A stretch of 64,000 nucleotides of DNA. Source: Blepharisma stoltei ATCC 30299 (Eukaryota; Protista; Ciliophora). Position 1 is the stretch's first letter, and every line of letters starts with the position of its first letter. The notes beneath the pieces are model-generated. The model was not told the origin of the DNA. It was given only the letters and a program-made list of their open reading frames with translations, and made no database searches. Positions 1-10,734 of this stretch are shown piece by piece. Position numbers and translations under genes: made by a program. The stretch covers positions 434,001-498,000 of the forward strand of contig CBFDEM010000015.1 in assembly GCA_965603825.1 (NCBI GenBank), read 5' to 3'.

Positions 1-967
1 TTGGCGTATACTAATAGCTGATTACTCACATCTACAGCTCTCATACCGCACCTTTGGCCTTGCATCACATTTTCATTTGCTTTTCTTTCAATTTCAGATT
101 TTATTTGTTCATTTACATAACCATAAAACTCTCTCTTAATGTATTCTTCTGGATACTCTAGCTTTACTAAGGTTTCATTAGAAACTGAGACATTCAAGTT
201 GTTTAGCTCGCCCATACCTGGTAATTCTGCTATTTTGGCTAAGATTTCATTTTTGTAGATTTCAGAGACGATATCTCCATCAATGGCTTGTCTTTCATAA
301 AATTTACAAGGATGAGGGAAATGGATTATTCTATTATTGGCAATGATAATGTTAAAAACTCCATGCAAATTGGATCGAGGTTGATATCTTTTATAGCTAA
401 TGAAAAATCTTGGATATAAATTTTCATAGTAAATATCAAATAACAATTGTTCTTAAGTTCTTCGGTATGATTTTCAAAGAGTCTAAGTAATTGTTTCAAT
501 GAATTACGAAAGCCCACTGCTCTGCTCTGTATCTCATACTCGCTGACTATATATAGCAGAATTTTGCTTCGGCATAAGGAGAATACATTTAAGCAATAAA
601 ATGCATTGGCGAGGTCTTGACCCCATCCGTGAGTATCTTCTTGTCCAGGACAATCAATATATAGAATTCTTGTTCTTTGATTGTAATACAAATTTGGCTC
701 AGAGGTTTCTGAGTTCACACTATGACCAATAATTCCTGGGATTATCGAATTATCACGAATTTTTAGAATAGGGCCTCTATCTCCGTCTTGAACAATTAGT
801 TGATCTTCATTTAAAAGATGCAAAAGAGTCGTTTTCCCACTTCCTGTAGCGCCAAACAAGATATGAGTTTTCTGGATGCTATTTTGGTTGGCTGCATCAA
901 GTTTAACTCTGAAAGCACTGCCTTTAGATTTGACCTCGGAGAATACCTTTGCATCACAGTCGTTCAT
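1..967 (-). pseudogene. P-loop GTPase-like protein (AIG1/MMR_HSR1-like), frameshifted, 3' end degraded or running off the window
   Basis: Walker A GATGSGKTT and G3 DCPG. The ORF stops at 326, but a second frame continues (NNRIIHFPHP...EQIKSEIERKANE), implying a frameshift near 335-350. Likely start is the ATG at 967. Confidence 0.6.
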
Positions 968-1264
968 TTTTATGATTATTATCTTAAAATAAATGTTAAT
1001 CATTAATCTTTGTAACCATTTCTACATTTTTATATAAAATGATTAAAGATGGCATGCAAGAAATTTATTAAAAGGTCCACATTATAAAGAGCCCAACTAA
1101 CTATAAATACAGCCTAAGAATGAAGAATTGCGATTACCAGCAGTGCTTTAGCAAGTTTTAGAGTAAATGGAATCAAATTTCATTAGTTTAAACTTAAATT
1201 GAAATAATTTATAGTGATCAGCACTCTTTAATGACTTTTTATTTATCAAAACATCGATAATTAC

Positions 1265-2050
1265 TTGAAAGTCCTTCGAGTTGATAATTATATCATAAAG
1301 CTTCTAGAAAAGAAAAATTTTTTTATATGCTTGAAATATAAGAAAATAGACGAGACGGGTACGCTCAATACAGAACAGCAACTAGAAGAATTAAAGAATA
1401 GAATCTTACGCGAACGTAACAAAACAATGTTAGATAATATAATAAAAGATATGCAACAACATCCAGAAGGACAACGAATGCTGGTGATAGGGGCAAAACA
1501 TGCTAAAACACGAGCAAGGACATTGGACTCTCGAGGAGCAACTATAACTCTAACGGAACCATATCCCTCAGAGCATCGTTTAGGCAAGAAAGAAAAGGCA
1601 TATTATCTATTATTATCAGAGAATTGAGAAAAAGTGAAGCATCGTTGGAGGACCTATTAAATCAAAATGATCAAAGAAATATCAAGGTGCAGGGCGCAAT
1701 AGCGAATAAACGTACTGGGGTTTATAAACACGAGATTTAATTTTAACTGCAGACCACTCTCGTCTGCGACCAAAACACTGGGTAGAAGCGGGAATTGAAC
1801 AGCAAATGAACATGAGCATAGGAAGCGAAGAGAGCAAGACTCCAGAAATCAGTTTGGTAAAACCAGAAGAGGTGCAGCAACATAGTAATAAACTCTGAAC
1901 AAGCTAAATTAGCAGCTGCATGTAAGCAGGCACCATCGGAGATATTAAACACAGTACGCACATCATTTAGCACTGCATCAAACACAAATGTTGCAGAATG
2001 TGCTAAATATTTTCCACAAACACTAAGAACCCTGAGACTTGTCGCATAAT
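1265..2050 (+). pseudogene. Decayed ORF fragments of unknown, probably bacterial, origin
   Basis: Fragment RERNKTMLDNI...LVIGAKH resembles the C-terminal motif of TraB/GumN-like proteins. There is no proper start, and downstream fragments lie in shifting frames up to the IS. Confidence 0.3.
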
Positions 2051-2088
2051 GTAAATCGATAGATGTCACTTAATCTCTTTCTGTCATT

Positions 2089-3004
2089 TTGCGAATTATA
2101 TCATCTGCATGTAAAGCTATGGAATATAACAGAGATAGCTATTATATATTTAAAGAACTATATGAAGTAGGTGGTGAAGAAGCTTTAAACGAGATTAGTC
2201 GTAGAAAACCGATAATATCTAACAGAGTTGATCCTACTTTAGTAGCATTAGAGACGAAAATGGCTCAAGATGGCATCATTCTTACCGAAGCGTAATTACG
2301 CACTTTAGAAAAATGTAAATCTGAAAAAGAAGCTTACGGTGAGATTGAAACTGAGCATCCAGGTTATCTTGGCTCACAGGATGTATACTATGTAGGCACT
2401 TTCAAAGGCATAGGTAAAGTATATACTCAAACTTATATCGATACTTATTCAAGAGTAGCCGATTTTAAACTCTATAACGAGAAAATAGCTATTACTTCTG
2501 CCGATATGCTAAATGATTGGATATTACCTTTTATGAAAAAGAAGGTATACCTATACTTCGAATATTTACCGATAGGGGTGGTGAATATAAGGGTAATATA
2601 GAATATCATGCATTTGAACTATTTTTAAGTATAGAAAGCATAGAGCATACTACTACAAAAGCTTATTCTCCTCAAACGAACGGCATTTGTGAAAGATTTC
2701 ATAAAACTATGAAGGAAGAGTTTTTTGACGTAGCCAGAGGTCAGAAGATTTATAATTCTATTGATTTGCTACAAAATGATCTTGACGAATGGCTTTTGCA
2801 TTATAATTATGAAAGACCTCATTCAGGTAAATATTGTTATGGTAAAAGCCCTACGCAAACTTTTGAAGATAGTAAAAAACTTGCTCTTGAAAAGAATAAT
2901 GAAATTTATACCTTGAATATAAGCTTGAACAAAATAGTCAGAATTTTAGCGATAATATTGCTTGTTAGATTATGTTGTATATAAGTTAAGTCTTGACTAG
3001 TACA
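2089..3004 (+). mobile_element. IS481-family insertion sequence (Rickettsia ISRpe1-like), 5'-truncated, with a pseudogenised DDE transposase
   Basis: HTH remnant ACKAM.Y.RDSYY.FKELYE.GGEEAL; core ETEHPGYLGSQD.YYVG..KGIGKVY.QT.ID, TDRG.EY, SPQTNGICERFHKT, YN.ERPHSGKYC.GK.P. Premature TAA at 2293, a 1-nt frameshift near 2530 and an apparent internal deletion. Ends in AAGTCTTGACTAGTACA at 3004, a 5'-TGT terminal repeat typical of IS481. Confidence 0.9.
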
Positions 3005-3111
3005 TTTGAGGTTAGAATTTAAGTGCTTATTTTAGAATTTACACACATAAAAAGCCAGAGCCTTTTGCAACTTACACAAATTCTATTACAGACTCTACAG
3101 TTTAATATTTT

Positions 3112-3726
3112 TTATAAATCGATGTGACTGGTATCGCCAACGAGTTCGATTGCACACTGAATTTGCTCTGGTTCCAAGTTGATTAATTCGTTGATTTGCA
3201 GTCTTTGTGCAGCATACTTACTCATTGCAGTATCAGACAGTAGTATTTCCATTACTTTGATACTTATATTCGATGCTGAATGTATAAAATCTGTGTCATT
3301 GTTCAAATGTTCGGCTATATAATGATGTAATAGAGTTTGTAGTTTTATTTCATACGACTTCCTGATAAAGCTTCGTATTTCTTCATTACTGTGTGCATGA
3401 TACCATGCTCGCGCAGCTACTGTCATTAATAAATGCAATTCTTTAGTATGAAAGTCCTTTAATTCATCTGCTTTGATCCCTCGCCCATAAACCTCACTAG
3501 CTTCGTATGACAATAGGAGCTGCACATCTCTGATAGATTTACCTATTACATCAAGTATTGTTATACCTCTGGTCGCATAGCATACTCTTGCTGCAATGGT
3601 TGCTATGTAGAAAACAGCATTCTTATCTAGCGCGGACAATATACTTGGATCTAAACCTTGCTGTATGCACTCAGTTATAGCAGCGTTATCAATGAACTCA
3701 TTATATATAGTTGTATGATTACGCAT
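3112..3726 (-). CDS. Intact 204-aa hypothetical protein of Rickettsiales style
   Basis: Open ATG-TAA frame next to the IS481, with weak internal helical repeats (LLLS..A...Y). The C-terminus ...IELVGDTSHIDL resembles the tails of many Rickettsiales hypothetical proteins (inference). Confidence 0.55.
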   Translation of the reverse strand: MRNHTTIYNEFIDNAAITECIQQGLDPSILSALDKNAVFYIATIAARVCYATRGITILDVIGKSIRDVQLLLSYEASEVYGRGIKADELKDFHTKELHLLMTVAARAWYHAHSNEEIRSFIRKSYEIKLQTLLHHYIAEHLNNDTDFIHSASNISIKVMEILLSDTAMSKYAAQRLQINELINLEPEQIQCAIELVGDTSHIDL

Positions 3727-3982
3727 GTTTCTCGTTATTTTTTACTTATTAAGTCACTCTATTATACAATTTGTTGCATAGATAAAAAGAGTAAGTTTTA
3801 ATATGAGGCTAAGATATAAGTTTTTTTAATAAGACTTTTTGTATCATTTCTAATAGAACCAATTAATTTATATTTCTTAAAATTTATGAAGACCAATATC
3901 ATTAATCTTTTTATCATTTACTAATTCGAATCTAAAAAAATTTGGATAAATTCTCATATTGTCAGATCATATAAGAATTAAA

Positions 3983-4723
3983 ATGGCAACTCGCACACAA
4001 TTCGAAAACTCAAACGAAATCGGAGTATTTTGCAAACTTACCAACGCATACTGCTTAGTCCCAATAGGTAGCAATGAAAACTTTTACAGTGTCTTTGAAA
4101 GTGAGTTAGGTGGGCACATTCCAGTAATTCACTCCACTATAGCAGGAACTCGTATAGTAGGTCGAGTCTCTTGTGGTAATTCTAATGGTCTTTTGCTTCC
4201 AAGCATCACAACTGATGTAGAGCTACAAACCATTCGAAATTCTCTCCCAGATAAAATCAAAGTCGAAAGAATTGATGAAAGACTGTCAGCACTAGGGAAT
4301 TGCATAGCTTGCAATGACTATGTTGCTATAATTCACCCAGATTTAGATAAAGAGACTGAAGAAATAATCGCTGATACCTTAAAAGTCGAAGTTTTCCGTA
4401 CCATGGTAGCAGGAAATGTGCTAGTAGGGAGCTATTGTGTCCTTACAAACTTAGGTGGATTGATACATCCGATGATAGCTGTAGAAGAGCTAGACGAATT
4501 AAGTTCATTATTACAAATTCCATTATGTGCTGGCACTGTTAATAGAGGAAGCGATGTGCTAGCAGCTGGTCTTGTAGCTAATGATTGGAGCGCATTTTGT
4601 GGCCTCGATACAACGTCGACTGAAATTTCTGTGATAGAAAATATTTATCGACTGAACGAAGCAAAAACTTTAGGAGGCCCACAAGGGGTGAGGACAGAAT
4701 TGATGGACACTTATAAGAATTAA
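3983..4723 (+). CDS. EIF6: Eukaryotic translation initiation factor 6
   Basis: [16 protein letters not shown]...AGTVNRGS...[12 protein letters not shown]; ATG at 3983. Confidence 0.97.
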   Translation: MATRTQFENSNEIGVFCKLTNAYCLVPIGSNENFYSVFESELGGHIPVIHSTIAGTRIVGRVSCGNSNGLLLPSITTDVELQTIRNSLPDKIKVERIDERLSALGNCIACNDYVAIIHPDLDKETEEIIADTLKVEVFRTMVAGNVLVGSYCVLTNLGGLIHPMIAVEELDELSSLLQIPLCAGTVNRGSDVLAAGLVANDWSAFCGLDTTSTEISVIENIYRLNEAKTLGGPQGVRTELMDTYKN

Positions 4724-4737
4724 TAATGCTTAATTTC

Positions 4738-5676
4738 TTATTTTTTAGTTGGGAAGAAATAATCAAGACCATTGCGAATATGCTCAACGAGAGTGAAGGT
4801 AATCGCCACATCTAAAACTACTCTAGTAAGTCTTGCACCAGCTCCTTTATAGAATCCTCTTATTCCGTCTCTTTTAGCGATTGCAAAGAAGCAATGGAGT
4901 GATCCATTGTATTTCTTAGCTTCCAATCCTTGCATAATAGTTTTTACGACGTCAATAGGGTTGTTACCTAGCACAGATGCTGCTCCAGCTATAGCTCCTG
5001 ACAAAGCAGTTTGTAAAGTCAATGGACTGTTAGGGAAAGTCGTCTCAATAAATTTCTTGCATTCTCCATATACTAAGAATCTAATAGCCTGGTTTGAGCT
5101 TTGTCTAATTAAGGTTGGGACCACTCCTCTGTAGACTCCAGGGAACCCTTCAGCTTTATAAATAGTAGAAATTCCGTGGAAAAGACCTCTGTATTTAGGA
5201 GTAGGGCTCATCCTATCATGGATTAGTTTGACCTTCAAAGTTTCCATAGGAGTAACCACAAAAACTGCTTCAGTAGCTCCAGCACATGCTCCTGACAAGA
5301 AAGTGTTGAGTTTTCCAGGAGTGGTAAAGATGTACTTATCGTACACTTCCTTAGATCCAAACCTGGTGCCTGTCTTTGGGATTGAGAAGAAGAGCAAACA
5401 GGAAAGTCCTCTATATAATCCTCGAAAGCCATGAGCGTTAACTGTATCTTTTCCGACTTGGATTATTCCTGAACGCTTTTCAGGGTAGAGTTGTTGCATT
5501 GTCTTAATGAATTCAGTAGGATAGGTTATGCAAGCTTCAATACCTCCTGTGATGCCACCACTGAGAGTCGCTTTCCAGAAAACCTTGTCTTCACCATGCT
5601 TTGCAGGTGGGCCAGCACAATGAACAGGCTGAGGAACAAATGCACGAGTGAAAAAATCGAATAACCTTCCAACCAT
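4738..5676 (-). CDS. Mitochondrial tricarboxylate/citrate carrier (SLC25A1/CTP1-like)
   Basis: Three PxExxK/PxDxxK carrier motifs, plus TYPTEFIKT, TPMETLKVKLIHD and RQSSNQAIRF. Confidence 0.9.
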   Translation of the reverse strand: MVGRLFDFFTRAFVPQPVHCAGPPAKHGEDKVFWKATLSGGITGGIEACITYPTEFIKTMQQLYPEKRSGIIQVGKDTVNAHGFRGLYRGLSCLLFFSIPKTGTRFGSKEVYDKYIFTTPGKLNTFLSGACAGATEAVFVVTPMETLKVKLIHDRMSPTPKYRGLFHGISTIYKAEGFPGVYRGVVPTLIRQSSNQAIRFLVYGECKKFIETTFPNSPLTLQTALSGAIAGAASVLGNNPIDVVKTIMQGLEAKKYNGSLHCFFAIAKRDGIRGFYKGAGARLTRVVLDVAITFTLVEHIRNGLDYFFPTKK

Positions 5677-5981
5677 TTTTTTGTTGGTTAATGGAAAGAT
5701 TTTCATTTGAGGGAAATTAAGGTAAATGTTAGAAAGAATCTTATGATTAAAATAATTGGAAAATAATGCGGGTTTGTGGTGCTTTTGGGAAATAATTGAT
5801 AAGTAATAATTGATTGGAAGTATTTAATTAATTAGACATTATTTTATAAGAATGCTTTATTATTGATGAATTAAAGTCATTTTTGTGTAGAGTTATTTTA
5901 ATTAAAATATTATTACTTATAATATTAGATATCATAAAAATCTGCTCAAAGCAAAGCAAGTGAAATATTTTTATTTTTAAA

Positions 5982-7217
5982 ATGGATCAGAGTAAACATT
6001 TGTCACATGTCCTAAACGAGCTTCCTGAATGGGAATATGATTCTCAAATGCATGCTTTATTTTGTGAATATGACGGCGATGAGAGTGAAGAATTTATGCT
6101 AGAATTTTGGAAACGGGCAATCGATAAGGTCTTTAACAACTATATCCAATCATTACGATCAACAATAGATGAGCTTAGAGTTCTATTTGACAGAAAAGGC
6201 AGAAAACCATTAGGTCTTAGTGCAATTTGCAAAGCACTTGAGCAGAGAGGAGACTTGATTGATATAGATACCATCAGAGTAAAAGTCCAAGAAAAAAATG
6301 ATAAAGAGCTATCATGGGGTTCTTGGATAGGTAAAAAGCTCCTTGGAGGCTTAGGTGCAAAGCCACAGCCTACGAATATATTTGTGTGCAGAAGCAAAAT
6401 GCAAAAAATATCAAGAGATCTTATCAAATGAGCTAGAAATAGCAAAAGAACAATATATAAGCTCACTGAAATTTCTGATTATCTTCAGGAGTTTTTCCAC
6501 ATTCATGATGAAGAAGATGTAAAATTAATCCTAGACTATCTCTATATAGAAGCCCTAGCTTACAGTACTAAAGTTCCAGTATGTGGGAAAATGAGCGACA
6601 TAGTAAAAGTCAAGATCAATGAAGACGATGAGCTAAAAATAAAAGAAAAGGATACTGCGTGCCTAGCATTATCTGAAATTATCCAAGAGATTGACTCAAA
6701 AGTGTCTAAACTTGAATTGAATAAAGAAAAAATGAACGAAATGGTTTTAGCCAAAATCAGAAAAGGAGATAAGCTTGGAGCTAAGCCTTATTTGATAAGG
6801 AAGAAAATGATAGAGAAGAAAATCGAAGAACTCCATAGCAATAGAAATAACTGTGAGCAGCAATTATTCAGCATAGAAACGAGCCAAGATACAGTTGCAA
6901 TATATCATGCTATGAGAGAAGCTACTATTACTCAAGAAAATCAAAGATTAAATATAAATGAAGTCGAAGATTTAATGGAAAAAAACAAAGATTTATATGA
7001 TGAGCAGAGAGAAGTTTCTAATGCACTATCAGCAACGAATCCTGTAGAGCAACAAGAGTTATTAGATGAACTTGAGAAGCTAGACGCGATAGAATTACAA
7101 ATCGAAACACCACCAACGACCAAGCTTCCTTTGAAAAATATAGTAAGAGAGAGAGTAGAAGAAGAAGAAGAAAAGGTACCTCAAAGAAAGAGCAATATTG
7201 ATATGATTTTAGAATAA
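5982..7217 (+). CDS. CHMP7: CHMP7-like ESCRT-II/III hybrid protein (winged-helix N-terminus plus Snf7 domain), 411 aa
   Basis: ORFs 5982 and 6591 join in frame through TGA(Trp) at 6429. FWK..I and SWGSW motifs in the N-terminal part, Snf7 coiled coil in the C-terminal part. Confidence 0.8.
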
Positions 7218-7334
7218 TTAAATTGAAAACTTGATATCAATGCTTTAATTAAAAATTATGCTTATTTTATTAACTGTATATCAAAAATATTATTTGTCTT
7301 AATAAAATTCAGATTTTACACCTTTTTAATAAAG

Positions 7335-7967
7335 ATGATTTCCAAGCTTTTTGTGATTTTACTTTGCTCATCTCTCATTTCCGCTTCAGAAGACTTTCAA
7401 AATAAATTCTTCAGCCTAACTCCTTCAGAAACCTCATGCACAGATCCTAATTCTATAGAGTGTGCAGTTTCACTGATATCCAATCTTGCTCAATTACTAT
7501 CAGAATCCAATTTCTTCACCATTGAAGATGATGCTCAAATATCAAACCTCAAAAGCTCAGTCAATGATTTCATGTCAGGCTTAATAAAAGGTCTTCAAAA
7601 AGACCCAACTAAAACCTCCACATGTGCCACCTCCATAGCAACTGCAAATACAGCACTCACAACTTGCATTGATAACTTCAGCATCGCATTAACCAAAATT
7701 TGTAACACTATCTACAATCTGAACGACTTCATCAACAAATTTACAGCAAGCTATGACTTATGCGCATTTCAAACGCTAATTGACCTTATCCAAAGTTTGG
7801 ATACTCAAAAAGGATTTTCGCAGCTATTGGTTCACTATGGAGTTAATTATAACACTATAAACTTGACCTTTGAAGATTTCATTATAAGAATGCAATACGG
7901 CGATTTTGAAGCGCAAGGAGAAGATATTGGAAAAATTATCAGACTATTGTCTGGGTGGAGCATTTAA
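7335..7967 (+). CDS. Secreted cysteine-containing alpha-helical protein of unknown function
   Basis: Signal peptide MISKLFVILLCSSLISA and C-terminal motif GDFEAQGEDIGKIIRLL; related to 36131..36691. Confidence 0.75.
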   Translation: MISKLFVILLCSSLISASEDFQNKFFSLTPSETSCTDPNSIECAVSLISNLAQLLSESNFFTIEDDAQISNLKSSVNDFMSGLIKGLQKDPTKTSTCATSIATANTALTTCIDNFSIALTKICNTIYNLNDFINKFTASYDLCAFQTLIDLIQSLDTQKGFSQLLVHYGVNYNTINLTFEDFIIRMQYGDFEAQGEDIGKIIRLLSGWSI

Positions 7968-8013
7968 ATAACTCATATCTTGCATATTAAAAATCAGAGC
8001 TTTCATAATTTAA

Positions 8014-9447
8014 ATGTCGTATCATAGAAATCCACTTGAAAATTATCTAGGATCTGATAATCGTCTAGACTTCAATCAATTTGGAAATCTCCCTGAAGAG
8101 CCTCCAGAGCAGCCAAGTCAATCCTTAACAAATTCTATAAAGCATATCACTTCTACCTTAGTTACCCAAGGATTGCCGCCGCCCGGGAATTTATTTAGTA
8201 CTGATTTTCAAGAAGTCTCAAAAACAGTAAATTCTATCTATGCTCTTATGCAGTCAAGACAGCGCGATGCTGCCTTTCGTAGTGATTTAATTGATAAAAA
8301 TCGCAGCCTTGAAAATGAAAAATCAAAGCTTGCACAGAATAATGAACGATTAAATACTGAAAAATCAAATTTGGAAAGTGAGCTTGCAAAGCTAAAAAAT
8401 CAAATAAAAACTATGACAATTAAAAATAAAGAAGAAAAAGATAAAATTTTATTAGAAAGAGATGAACTTAAAAGAGAAAATAATAAATTGACTCACAAGG
8501 AAACACAAAGTCAGCACGAGTTAAAAAAGAAAGACGCAGCTTATGCAAAACTGCAAGAGCAGCTTAGAAAGTCATTAGGAGAAAAAGACCTTCCTATAAG
8601 AAATCAAGTTGAGTTGACATCTCCTTTGCATACAAATGGAGTATCGCTCTTCGCAAGAAATGGTGACTCGGAGTTCTCGTATTTAATTAGCAGAGGCTAT
8701 GAGGAAAATCAAAATGCCTTACTAGCTGAAAATCAAGAATTAAGGAGCGCCTTTTTATTGTTGCAAAATGAATTGCAAGACATGATGAAACAAAGAAGAG
8801 AAGCTTTCCACAAAAGATATGCGGAAGAACTAGGCGATTTATGCCCTGATTTTGCTGAATTCCAACAGAAGCCAGTAAAGCCTGAAGTCATGAATTTACC
8901 TTTCCAAGGGATAAGTGAAAATGTCATAAAAGCTTTCCAAGAAAACATGAGGGTTTTTAGAGAGTTTATGGACAAAGCTGATGAAGCAGCTCTAAATGTA
9001 GATGGAGAAGGCGATGAAGAGCTGCAAAAAATCAAATGCATTGCAGATTTAAAAGAACTATTGAGTAAAGCATATTTAGAAAATTATAGGATTTTATTGA
9101 AAAATCAAGAAAATATCATGCAAAATGCGATTCTTGGGAGCAGATCAAGAGCTCCTGATAATATTGGCTATACAGCTTCAAGGCTAAAGGTGGCTGCTGA
9201 TACGGAAATTGAAAAAGCAAACCGATTTCTTCAAGAAGAGTTTTCTAAATTAGAATTAAAGCAGCAAGAAATTGAGGAGCAAAGACACTTAGTTTCAGAT
9301 ACTGCTCATAGAATGGACGAAGAAAAATTCATGATTACTGTAAGATTTATTTAGAAACAAAGAGAGCAGCTGATGGAAGAAAGAAATAGATGGGAGCAGG
9401 CCTTGCAAAGTGCCTGCAAACTCAATAGTGAGTTAGTTGATGAATAA
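8014..9447 (+). CDS. Afadin/alpha-actinin-binding (SSX2IP/ADIP/Msd1)-like coiled-coil protein, with two 15-nt introns
   Basis: N-terminal LVTQGLP...NSIYAL..RQRD followed by a long coiled coil. Removing intron 9340-9354 extends the frame to TAA at 9445-9447. Confidence 0.7.
9065..9079 (+). other. 15-nt spliceosomal intron (in frame, no stop codon)
   Basis: GTAAAGCATATTTAG: GTAA...TAG with A at position 10, the heterotrich tiny-intron pattern. Confidence 0.75.
9340..9354 (+). other. 15-nt spliceosomal intron containing the apparent stop
   Basis: GTAAGATTTATTTAG with A at position 10. Removing it restores the coiled-coil reading KQREQLMEERNRWEQ. Confidence 0.88.
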
Positions 9448-9534
9448 TTTATTTTTAACATAAAATTAAAGAAAAAGGAATTTTATAAACAAGTGTGGCT
9501 TTATGGAAAGAGTTTTTAAGCCATATTATAATAA

Positions 9535-9660
9535 ATGCTATACCTGGTGTCTGATCCTAGATACAAACAATACTTAGTCGGCAAAGCCAAACCTAAAGTA
9601 GCTGCAAAACAAGAGCAGAAAGAAACAAAGAAGGAAGAAGAACCACAACCATCTAGCTAA
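9535..9660 (+). CDS. Putative 41-aa microprotein MLYLVSDPRYKQYLVGKAKPKVAAKQEQKETKKEEEPQPSS
   Basis: ATAAATG start context like neighbouring genes, purine-rich coding-like composition, TAA stop. Confidence 0.5.
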   Translation: MLYLVSDPRYKQYLVGKAKPKVAAKQEQKETKKEEEPQPSS

Positions 9661-9934
9661 ATAATGAACTTCTTTTAATATGCATGTATCAATTTTAACT
9701 AATTTACCTAAGAATTGATTATGATAAAAACAAAAAATCACCCCTACATATGAATAGGCTGGATGCTCATCTGAAATCCAAGCTTATTCTTGCAGTTTGG
9801 TCCTTTATTTCTATTCAATAATTTTTCAAATATTTATGTTGTTTCCTCACATCTTGCAACACTAACTTATAAAAATATATCCTAAGTCTAACTGTTTTTT
9901 AATGCTTAGCTGCCTGGCTATGATTATTACAAAT

Positions 9935-10726
9935 ATGAGTATGAAATTTCTTATCATATTAGGGATTTCCTTTATTCCATCATTTGGGCAATCAATATAT
10001 GCTGTTAACTGTGGCGGTGAAGAGTATATTGATAGCTCAGGTGTATTGTGGTTAAAAGACCAAGATTACAAAGGAGGAGTTGCCATAAGTCCAGGCAAAA
10101 ATAAGTATGTAAAATACACAAAAGATCCAACTATTTACCAAACTGAAAGATACTCGACTGACAACTTTAGCTATAGAATTCCTCTCCCAGCCCCTGGAAG
10201 TTACATTATCATTCTTAAATTTGCAGAGTTCTCTGAAGCGAACATTAAGAGGCAATTTAACATTGCTTTGGGCTCAAATGTTGTTATTTATGCTCTTGAT
10301 ATCTATGACAATGTCAAGGATTCAGCTGCTTATGATATTTTTATTCCAATAACAGTTACAGAGGACAAAATATATTGGTATAATACACCTTTATTAAGTG
10401 CAGTTGAAAATGATAAAATTTTAATAAATTTCAATAAAACAAGATCTAACCCAAAGGTCTCAGGGATTATGCTATTTAAAGGAATTCTACAAGACACTGA
10501 CTACTACGAGCAAGACAAAAGAATAAAGCATTACAAGCAGCTTTACCAAAACAAACAAGAAATCGAAGAAAGCAATTCCCCATATCACCAATCAAAAGCC
10601 AAAACAATCAACACAGGTGAGGTTTTTACAGGCCTGTACGTGATCAAGACTTATCCTATGACTCTGATGTTTTCAAGTATTCTTTTCTATATTATTTTCC
10701 AGAAACTTATACCTAAAGCTAAATAA
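9935..10726 (+). CDS. MLEC: Malectin (ER carbohydrate-binding membrane protein)
   Basis: Signal peptide; YAVNCGG, IYQTERY, LKFAE and NPKVSGI motifs; C-terminal TM segment. Confidence 0.88.
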   Translation: MSMKFLIILGISFIPSFGQSIYAVNCGGEEYIDSSGVLWLKDQDYKGGVAISPGKNKYVKYTKDPTIYQTERYSTDNFSYRIPLPAPGSYIIILKFAEFSEANIKRQFNIALGSNVVIYALDIYDNVKDSAAYDIFIPITVTEDKIYWYNTPLLSAVENDKILINFNKTRSNPKVSGIMLFKGILQDTDYYEQDKRIKHYKQLYQNKQEIEESNSPYHQSKAKTINTGEVFTGLYVIKTYPMTLMFSSILFYIIFQKLIPKAK

Positions 10727-10734
10727 TTTTATTT

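Noticed and set aside
1743-2069. 108-aa minus-strand ORF
   Set aside because: It has a non-ATG start and no motif; the plus strand looks more like the decayed coding strand.
2293-2295. TAA read as Gln in the transposase (ciliate code 6)
   Set aside because: TAA ends nearly every host gene here, and the element has other lesions, so a CAA>TAA mutation is simpler.
9717-9778. Possible box C/D snoRNA (GATT-ATGATAA...CTGA-AATC)
   Set aside because: Box C is degenerate, the stem is only 4 AT-rich bp and I could not identify an rRNA-complementary guide.
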